Shown piece after piece: positions 57,674-64,000 of a stretch of 64,000 nucleotides of DNA; the first letter of the stretch is position 1; each line of letters begins with the position of its first letter. The position numbers were made by a program, and so were the translations under genes. This DNA is from Lentisphaeria bacterium (GTDB lineage Bacteria; Verrucomicrobiota; Lentisphaeria; JABSQK01; JAWLHB01). The DNA lies in the NCBI GenBank assembly GCA_041690595.1, contig JAWLHB010000012.1, positions 36,785-100,784 of the forward strand, given 5' to 3'. The notes beneath the pieces are model-generated. The model saw only the letters and a list, made by a program, of their open reading frames with translations. It was not told the origin of the DNA and searched no databases.

Positions 57674-58885
57674 ATGGATTCGAGTACGTATCGCGGCAGA
57701 CTTGCCAATGGGGAAGCGGTGGAACTGCACGTGCGGGATGAGCGCATCACCTCCCTCACCTCCCTGCCGCCCGATTCCTCGCTGCCATGGCTCTTCACCC
57801 CACTCGTCGACTTGCAGCACAATGGCGCCCTCGGCATGTATTACCACAACCTGCCGACGGTCGACGCCCCCGCGGCCCTGAACGCCATCGCCCGCCATCT
57901 GCGCCGGCACGGCGTCGGTCGCTGCATGCTCACTTTCGCCACAGCCCCTTTCGACCAACTCATCGAGGCGGCCCGTCAAGTGGGGCTCGCCCTCGATGCC
58001 GACCCTGACCTGGCGCGCCTCTTCCCCGGCATCTTCCATGAAGGACTCTACATGTCCCGGCTCGAAGGGTGGCGCGGCGCTCATCCCCTACCCTACCTGC
58101 GGCCGCCCGATTATGCCGAACTGCGACAGGTCGATGCTGCTTCCGGTGGCCGTATCCGCATGGTCAACATCGCGCCCGAGCTGGAGGGGGGCATGGATTT
58201 CATCCACGATGCCATCGCCGATGGCAAAGCCGTCACCCTCGGGCACTGCCGGCCCGATCGCGACATCGTGGATCGTGCCATCGCGGCTGGAGCCCGCTGG
58301 GTGACGCACTTCGGCAATGGCGCCGCCACCACCATCCATCGCTTCGACAATCCCTTCTGGATCTTTCTGGATCGTCCGGAACTGACGATGGGGATCATCT
58401 GCGATGGCTTCCACCTGCCGCGTGAAATCGTGAGCGTCGCGATGCGCTGCAAAGGCAGGGCCAACTGCATCCCTGTCTCCGATGCCAGCGGCTATGCCGG
58501 CTGCCCGCCCGGCATCTATACCGACTCCACCTATCGGGATTTCGTCATCGAACCCAATGGACACCTGCACCTGGCCGACAGTGAAATTCTGATGGGCGCC
58601 TGGTTTCAGCTCGATCGGGCGGTCGAGTTCCTCGTTCAGCAGCTCGACTTCTCCCTGCCCGAAGCGTGGGATCAATGCAGCCGCGTTCCGGCCGAAGCCG
58701 CCGGCCTTTCGCTGCCTGAGCTTGCTCCCGGTGGCGAGGCCAGCTTCGTCATCGCCAGATGGGAGAGCGACCGCCTTCTCATCGAACAATCGATCGATCG
58801 CGGCCGCCCCCTGCTCGAGGCGCCCATCCGTACCAACGAGTCAAGCCCCTCCATCCGCGCTTTGCCCCATCGCGAACTCGCCTGA
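57674..58885 (+). CDS. NagA-like amidohydrolase (N-acetylglucosamine-6-phosphate deacetylase family, single-metal Q-x-N subtype)
   Basis: LVDLQHNGALG (as in E. coli NagA DVQLNG), GHCRPDRDIVDRAIAAGARWVTHFGNGA, ICDGFHL. Confidence 0.6.
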   Translation: MDSSTYRGRLANGEAVELHVRDERITSLTSLPPDSSLPWLFTPLVDLQHNGALGMYYHNLPTVDAPAALNAIARHLRRHGVGRCMLTFATAPFDQLIEAARQVGLALDADPDLARLFPGIFHEGLYMSRLEGWRGAHPLPYLRPPDYAELRQVDAASGGRIRMVNIAPELEGGMDFIHDAIADGKAVTLGHCRPDRDIVDRAIAAGARWVTHFGNGAATTIHRFDNPFWIFLDRPELTMGIICDGFHLPREIVSVAMRCKGRANCIPVSDASGYAGCPPGIYTDSTYRDFVIEPNGHLHLADSEILMGAWFQLDRAVEFLVQQLDFSLPEAWDQCSRVPAEAAGLSLPELAPGGEASFVIARWESDRLLIEQSIDRGRPLLEAPIRTNESSPSIRALPHRELA

Positions 58886-59018
58886 CCCGGCGAGCCCCCC
58901 TCTGCCAGCGTCCGTTACACGGCACTGAAATTTGCCGCGCGCGTTCACCTGCTGCCGTTGCAAAGCCGCGCAAGAACGCTACAGTGGAGCCTTCGCCCAC
59001 CAACCACGCAAGACTACC

Positions 59019-60137
59019 ATGAGCGCCACGCGTCGATTTCTCCGAGCCGTTGTCGATTCGCCTGGAATCGTATTTTGCGTATTGCTGGCGCTTACCGGCT
59101 GCCTGGCCATCTTCAACGCCACCTTCCATACGCCTCATCCCTACTACTTTGTCTATCGCCAGCTGGTCTGGCTGGGGTTGGGAACGGTCGCCATGCTCGG
59201 GCTCAGCATGCTGCGCCCCGCGATGCTGCGGGCCGCGACGCTGCCGCTGACCATCGGCACACTGGTGCTGCTCTATGCCTTGCTTCCGCTTGGTGAAACA
59301 ATCAACGGCATGCGGGGATGGTACAAGCTCGACCTGCCGAGCTTGGAGCCTGTCTTCTCGCCCATCCTCATTCAGCCGGGTGAGCTTGCCAAACCAGTCT
59401 TCATCCTCTCCCTCGCCTATCTGCTCCCCCTCTCCGGCGCGGCATTGGGGCCGACATGGCGCCAGTATCTCTGCTACATGGCGCTGGGCTGCATCTGGCT
59501 TCTTCCCATCTTCATGCAGCCCGACTTCGGCACCCTCACCGTCTACGTCATGGCCTTCTTCATCGTCTACTGGGTGCAGGGTGGACGCTTGCAGCATCTG
59601 GCGGTGAGCGCGCTGGCCGCCATTGTCGTGGCCGTCGTCGCCATCCGGTTGCACCCGTACGTGCTCACCCGCTTCCAGGGGTTCGCCAACCCCGCGGCTG
59701 ACCCGCGCGGTGCGGGCTGGCACATTCTCCAGTTCCAGGCCACCCTCGCCAATGGCGGCCTCACTGGCAGCGGCCAACCCGTTTGGGCACAGAACTACCT
59801 GCCCCTCGGCTACAGCGATTCCATCTTCGCCACCCTCGCCGAAAGTGTCGGCTTTCTCGGGCTGACCCCAGTCCTCCTGCTGCTGGCCGGCTGGCTCCTG
59901 TACACCATGCGCCTTTCACACCGCCAGGACGATCGCCGACAGGCGGCCGTCGTTCTGGGACTCGGTACCATGATAGCCGCACAAGCACTGCTCCACATCA
60001 GCGTCACCCTCGGTATTCTGCCGCCGACGGGCATCACGTTCCCGCTTCTCAGCTACGGCGGCAGTTCCCTGCTGGCCACCATGATGAGTGTCGGCATCAT
60101 CCTCGCTCATGCCAAGAAAGCTGTACCTCCAATTTGA
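59019..60137 (+). CDS. SEDS-family peptidoglycan glycosyltransferase (FtsW/RodA-like)
   Basis: ~10-TM profile with conserved SEDS segments (…PSLEPVFSPILIQPGELAKP…, …GYSDSIFATLAE…). ATG 59019 chosen; the track ORF starts 29 codons earlier. Confidence 0.75.
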   Translation: MSATRRFLRAVVDSPGIVFCVLLALTGCLAIFNATFHTPHPYYFVYRQLVWLGLGTVAMLGLSMLRPAMLRAATLPLTIGTLVLLYALLPLGETINGMRGWYKLDLPSLEPVFSPILIQPGELAKPVFILSLAYLLPLSGAALGPTWRQYLCYMALGCIWLLPIFMQPDFGTLTVYVMAFFIVYWVQGGRLQHLAVSALAAIVVAVVAIRLHPYVLTRFQGFANPAADPRGAGWHILQFQATLANGGLTGSGQPVWAQNYLPLGYSDSIFATLAESVGFLGLTPVLLLLAGWLLYTMRLSHRQDDRRQAAVVLGLGTMIAAQALLHISVTLGILPPTGITFPLLSYGGSSLLATMMSVGIILAHAKKAVPPI

Positions 60138-60254
60138 ATTTCACCGTCGCGGCACTACATTCACCTCTTCATCAAAATCGTCCCAATAGGGTTCTTTTTC
60201 GGGCTGCATGCGACCCGCAGCCATAACCTCTGGTTGAAACGAGAGTTTTACGAT

Positions 60255-60593
60255 ATGCCGACTTACGAATACCGCTGTCAGGACTGCAGCCATGAGTTTG
60301 AGCTCGTTCAGCGCATGTCTGACGATCCCCTGAGCCTGTGCCCCGAATGCGGCGGCAACGTCAAACGGCTGATCGGCAAAGGCGCCGGCATTATTTTCAA
60401 GGGCAGCGGCTTCTACCAAACGGATTATCGCAGCGACAGCTACCACAAGGAAGCTGCAAAGGAGAAGCCGGACAGCAGCAGCGGTGGCAGTGACAAGAAG
60501 ACCACCCCAGCGGCCCCCGCGACCTCCACTTCGACATCCACATCCACGTCCACCACCACCAGCAGTTCCACCACTCCCAAAAGCGCCGATTAG
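60255..60593 (+). CDS. FmdB-family zinc-ribbon protein with Ser/Thr-rich C-terminal tail
   Basis: MPTYEYRCQDCSHEFELVQRMSDDPLSLCPECGG is the canonical FmdB motif. Tail TSTSTSTSTSTTTSSSTT. Confidence 0.8.
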   Translation: MPTYEYRCQDCSHEFELVQRMSDDPLSLCPECGGNVKRLIGKGAGIIFKGSGFYQTDYRSDSYHKEAAKEKPDSSSGGSDKKTTPAAPATSTSTSTSTSTTTSSSTTPKSAD

Positions 60594-60644
60594 GCACTGC
60601 TGACGGGGGACGGGGGACAGACCTTACTTCCTGGATTTCTTAAA

Positions 60645-61388
60645 ATGATCAAATGCCCCAATTGCGAAGCCGACAATCTCCTAGGCGCCATCTTCTGCCG
60701 TGGCTGCGGCAAGAAACTGGACATCGACAACCTCAAGCCGGATCAGTTGGAAAGCAAGCCGAAGAAGGTGGCGAAGAGCGCCGCGCACATTGTGCGCAAC
60801 ATCATCATGCTGGTCGTGCTGGTCGTCGTCATTGGCGGCATCGCGCTCGCGCTGCTTCCGCCGAAGATTTCGGCCACGGGTGAACTGGCCGACGCCGCAA
60901 GCGCCACTGCCATGACCAAGATGGGGAATCTGCAGGAAGGCAGGGCTCGCGAGGCCGAAGTGACCGAAGACGAGATTACCTATGCTGCCCGGCGCATCCT
61001 CAAGTTGACCGAAGACGACAAGAGCGCCCTGGCCAAGAAAAATGCTGAAGAAGGCATAACTCAAAATGTGCTGGCGGATGACGTCTTCGTCTCTCTTCCC
61101 CAGCCCGGAGAGGTTCATGTCATCCTCAAGGAACGACTGTTTGACGCCGTGACGATCTTCTATACCATGATCGTATCCGTCAGCGAAGGCGAAGAGGGCA
61201 TCGTCCTTACCCCCACAGGCTACAAAGTAGGCCGGCTACCCATGGCTGGGCCAATGAACGACATCGTGCGCGATCGTTTTGTTGCCGCCGCCCATGCCGA
61301 GACCAACTACAGCAAGTGGGAAGAGGGAATCTTCAAGACCGCGAAGAAGGCGGAGATTGAGCCTGGCAAGGTGAAGATCTCCCGCTGA
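60645..61388 (+). CDS. Zinc-ribbon membrane protein (hypothetical)
   Basis: MIKCPNCEADNLLGAIFCRGCG zinc ribbon, then TM helix IIMLVVLVVVIGGIALALL. Confidence 0.6.
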   Translation: MIKCPNCEADNLLGAIFCRGCGKKLDIDNLKPDQLESKPKKVAKSAAHIVRNIIMLVVLVVVIGGIALALLPPKISATGELADAASATAMTKMGNLQEGRAREAEVTEDEITYAARRILKLTEDDKSALAKKNAEEGITQNVLADDVFVSLPQPGEVHVILKERLFDAVTIFYTMIVSVSEGEEGIVLTPTGYKVGRLPMAGPMNDIVRDRFVAAAHAETNYSKWEEGIFKTAKKAEIEPGKVKISR

Positions 61389-61394
61389 GTCCGG

Positions 61395-62099
61395 TCAGAA
61401 GTCGCGGACTGAGCCGTTGGTGCGCCAAGTATTGAACTCTCCTTCCGTCATCGGCCGGATCGTCCAACTGGCGAAGAGAAAGTTGAGCTTGCCGCCGTGC
61501 CGCATCCATTGTGCGGGAGCGAGTGCGTTGGTCGCCCACGAATAGTCGAAGTCGGACTTGTGATAGTAGACGGTCTCGCTGCGGTGCGTCTCACCGTCGC
61601 CGCAGATCATGTCATTCTCCGGCCGCATGAGCCGTGTCACCTTCTGGGGCGGATTACCCCAGCTCGATGTGGCCGCATTCCACCAACCGGTCTTGCTGTG
61701 CCAGATATAGCTTGGTATGCCTCCTTTCATCCAGGCGTACGGGTAGTACTCGCCACGCTTGCTGCCGCTCCACAGATAGTCGGCTCCCGCGCGTCCGATC
61801 GAGGTCGTGGGATCGCTGGGGCATTTCCACAGCTCCGGATCCATGTAGCCGAAGGAGATCAGATCCCTGAAGCCGCCCGCCTGATTGCGCCCGCTCAGCG
61901 GCAGACTGCTGTCGTTGTCGTCGGCATAGAGAATGACCCCCAGCCCGATCTGCTTCAGGTTGTTGATGCAGACCGTTTCGCGGGCCTTCTCGCGCGCCCG
62001 AGTCAGCGCCGGCAACAGCAGCGACGCGAGAATCGCAATAATCGCCACCACGACCAGAAGTTCAATCAAGGTAAAACGATGCGTTGCCGAATACTTCAT
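61395..62099 (-). CDS. Prepilin-type N-terminal cleavage/methylation-domain protein, DUF1559-like (second paralog)
   Basis: [48 protein letters not shown] lies 8 nt upstream of ATG 62099. Confidence 0.8.
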   Translation of the reverse strand: MKYSATHRFTLIELLVVVAIIAILASLLLPALTRAREKARETVCINNLKQIGLGVILYADDNDSSLPLSGRNQAGGFRDLISFGYMDPELWKCPSDPTTSIGRAGADYLWSGSKRGEYYPYAWMKGGIPSYIWHSKTGWWNAATSSWGNPPQKVTRLMRPENDMICGDGETHRSETVYYHKSDFDYSWATNALAPAQWMRHGGKLNFLFASWTIRPMTEGEFNTWRTNGSVRDF

Positions 62100-62170
62100 C
62101 GTATTCTCCTCCTGCTGTTGTTAGTATAACGAAATCACGCCATCAGTTCAAGATGATCAAACCAGCCGCG

Positions 62171-64000
62171 TCAGGGGAAGAGCTCCTCCAGGCTGGCCAG
62201 ATCCAGCTCGGCGATGGCCTCGGGTGAAAGAAAGCACACGTCGGCGAGCGCTCGTGGCGCGGCCGGGTCGCTCCGCGTACTGAAGCTCCATTGCGTGAAT
62301 GGCCCGTGAAGCTTCGGCAACTGACCGGTCAGCGCCTCGCTCACGTCCGCTCCGGCCGCGGGTGGATAGGTGGCGGGCATCAGGCTCAGCCGGCGGTAGG
62401 CAACCGCCCCTTCCTTATCCAAGCGGTACAGGCGAATCCGCAGGCTGGCACTTCCAGCCGCATACTCCGGCACCACGATCTCCACCTCCCGCCGGTTCCA
62501 ATCCGCCGAGCGTCCGCTGAAGATCGACCAGGAATCACTCCGCTCTTCCTCCCGCGCCAGCCCCTGCACAAAGACCAGCGCCAGCGCATTTCCTTTGGTC
62601 TCGACACTGAATCGGTAGCGCCCCCCGGAAGCGACCGGCAACAGCGGCGTGCTGGCCACCCCGTATCCGTCGGTGAATTCCCGCCCTTCCGGCCACTGCT
62701 GCTCGTCGCCGATCAGGTTCAGAGGAAAGAGCCGGGCTCTGCCCCCGGGGCCAATCACCAGTCGCTGCTCGCGCAGCAGGGTATCCGCCCACGTCACCGT
62801 CTCGTTTCCCTGCGTGAAGGATGGATGCTCTACCGCACGCTCCAGGGGCCGCAGCTCGAGCGCGCCATCCATGGGGGTCTCCTCGAAGTACCTCGGCTCG
62901 ATCCAGCCATCCCCGCCGCGCGTGAGGCGATGGCGTGCGAATGGCTCGACCGGCGCGTCAATGGGCATGGTAAAAACCTGTCCGCCGGCGGTTGTCGCCT
63001 GAAGGAGCAGCGCTTCAGGTTGATCCGTCTTCACCTCAGCCGACCATACCTCTCCGGCGGCCAGGCGATCACGCTTGAGGCCCGCCGGCATGATGGCAAG
63101 GTCACGCAGCAGTGCCGGGCCCGGCTCGCCGCCGAACCAGCGCGGATCCCGCGTGTTGTTAATCTGCACGACCAGGCGATCTTCATTCCGCGCCACTCCC
63201 GCCGAGGGCAGAAGGTACCGATCGATCAGGTCACGACCGATGCCGTAGTCCCAGGCGACACGGCGCATCCGATCGTCGGCAGTCCAGTAGCTCTTGCCAT
63301 CGAGATAGGGCAGTCGATTCCAGACGAAGCCCTCCTCTTTCCCTGCCCCCGCATAAACAAAGAGTCCAAGGTTCTTCGGGTGTTCGACCCGGGCCATCGT
63401 TACCATCTCATCAAAGGAGCACATCCGCATTTTCCCAATGGTCGATACCTGGCTGAAGAAGTAGCAGGCGTAACGTTCGACCATGTCCAGAGTCTGTTTC
63501 CGCCAAATCTCTTCCTTGTTCGGATAGCCGAAGATACCATCACAGACGCCGGGCAGGAGGATCTGCTCATAGGTGACGGGCACGATCCGCTTCGGGACCG
63601 GCTGGCCCGGTTGCCAGTCGGTATGACTGAGATTATTGAAGCCTGTCGCCTGCCAGTAGAGGACCAGGCGCCCCTCGCCGGCGCTCTTCATCGCGCCGTG
63701 GATCTCGGCCAGCGCCGCGGCGTAGCGTTCGCCCCACCAGAGCCGGAAGCGATCGCTCTCCCATGTCATCGGCTCGCCGATCGCCTGCTCGATCGATTCC
63801 CGCCATGCCTCCAGTTCCTCCGGCGGCGCCTCCCCCTCAACCCAGTGACGCATGAAGCATTCCGTGAAGTGGCCCGGCAGCTCTTCGAGGAAGGTGAGCC
63901 CGACGACATTTTCCGGCTTGTCTATCCCGTCCAGAATCAGCCGTATCTGCCGCCTGGCCTCGCCGAGCAACCGCTCGCGCGCTTCCGCCTCGAAGCTGTA
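62171..64000 (-). CDS. Hypothetical protein, 3'-complete, 5' end beyond the window
   Basis: The frame stays open from 63970 to position 64000 (…YSFEAEARERLLGEARRQ…). The track start at 63970 is a TTG. Confidence 0.55.
   Translation of the reverse strand, partial: YSFEAEARERLLGEARRQIRLILDGIDKPENVVGLTFLEELPGHFTECFMRHWVEGEAPPEELEAWRESIEQAIGEPMTWESDRFRLWWGERYAAALAEIHGAMKSAGEGRLVLYWQATGFNNLSHTDWQPGQPVPKRIVPVTYEQILLPGVCDGIFGYPNKEEIWRKQTLDMVERYACYFFSQVSTIGKMRMCSFDEMVTMARVEHPKNLGLFVYAGAGKEEGFVWNRLPYLDGKSYWTADDRMRRVAWDYGIGRDLIDRYLLPSAGVARNEDRLVVQINNTRDPRWFGGEPGPALLRDLAIMPAGLKRDRLAAGEVWSAEVKTDQPEALLLQATTAGGQVFTMPIDAPVEPFARHRLTRGGDGWIEPRYFEETPMDGALELRPLERAVEHPSFTQGNETVTWADTLLREQRLVIGPGGRARLFPLNLIGDEQQWPEGREFTDGYGVASTPLLPVASGGRYRFSVETKGNALALVFVQGLAREEERSDSWSIFSGRSADWNRREVEIVVPEYAAGSASLRIRLYRLDKEGAVAYRRLSLMPATYPPAAGADVSEALTGQLPKLHGPFTQWSFSTRSDPAAPRALADVCFLSPEAIAELDLASLEELFP

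Overview
The window is 64 kb of high-G+C, gene-dense bacterial chromosome, with most genes on the minus strand. Two prepilin-like DUF1559-type proteins (N-terminus [24 protein letters not shown]), long-form PstC/PstA and many CAZyme-like genes suggest a PVC-superphylum organism (Planctomycetota/Verrucomicrobiota/Kiritimatiellota-like). That placement is inference only. From start to end the window holds: (i) a BatA-like vWA gene at the left edge that the ORF track misses because it is partial; (ii) a 24-bp tandem-repeat array and a solo long-form IS200/RAYT-like HuH-Y1 transposase gene followed by a ~0.6 kb repeat- and hairpin-rich non-coding block; (iii) a minus-strand gene string of a DUF1284-like protein, a zinc-ribbon Ser/Thr pseudokinase-like protein, a ~1190-aa membrane coiled-coil protein, an ABC-2 permease fused to a CPBP protease, and an ABC ATPase; (iv) housekeeping and catabolic genes (bifunctional-nuclease/UVR protein, C-N hydrolase, MFS transporter, nitroreductase, M29 aminopeptidase, beta-propeller membrane protein, GH88/105-like hydrolase); (v) tRNA-Gly(TCC) followed by a relic duplication of its 3' end; (vi) a glycan-utilisation-like stretch (secreted GH-like protein, GH29 fucosidase-like, PhyH dioxygenase, DUF4838-like, prepilin-like DUF1559 protein, GntR/LacI-type regulator) plus a heparinase II/III-like lyase and a porin further on; (vii) ilvD and a 1137-aa hybrid sensor kinase; (viii) a ~1.7 kb visibly lower-G+C islet with two overlapping genes, an AAA_21/ABC-type ATPase and a small protein with a PD-(D/E)xK-like D-x12-ExK motif, which I consider the best candidate for an undescribed defence-type system; (ix) a complete pstSCAB-phoU-phoBR array with a Pho-box-like 11-bp phased repeat in its divergent promoter; (x) a NagA-like amidohydrolase, a SEDS (FtsW/RodA) protein, FmdB and another zinc-ribbon protein, a second prepilin-like protein, and a partial gene at the right edge. 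I found no rRNA and no CRISPR array. All calls come from reading the sequence and ORF translations; I ran no database searches.
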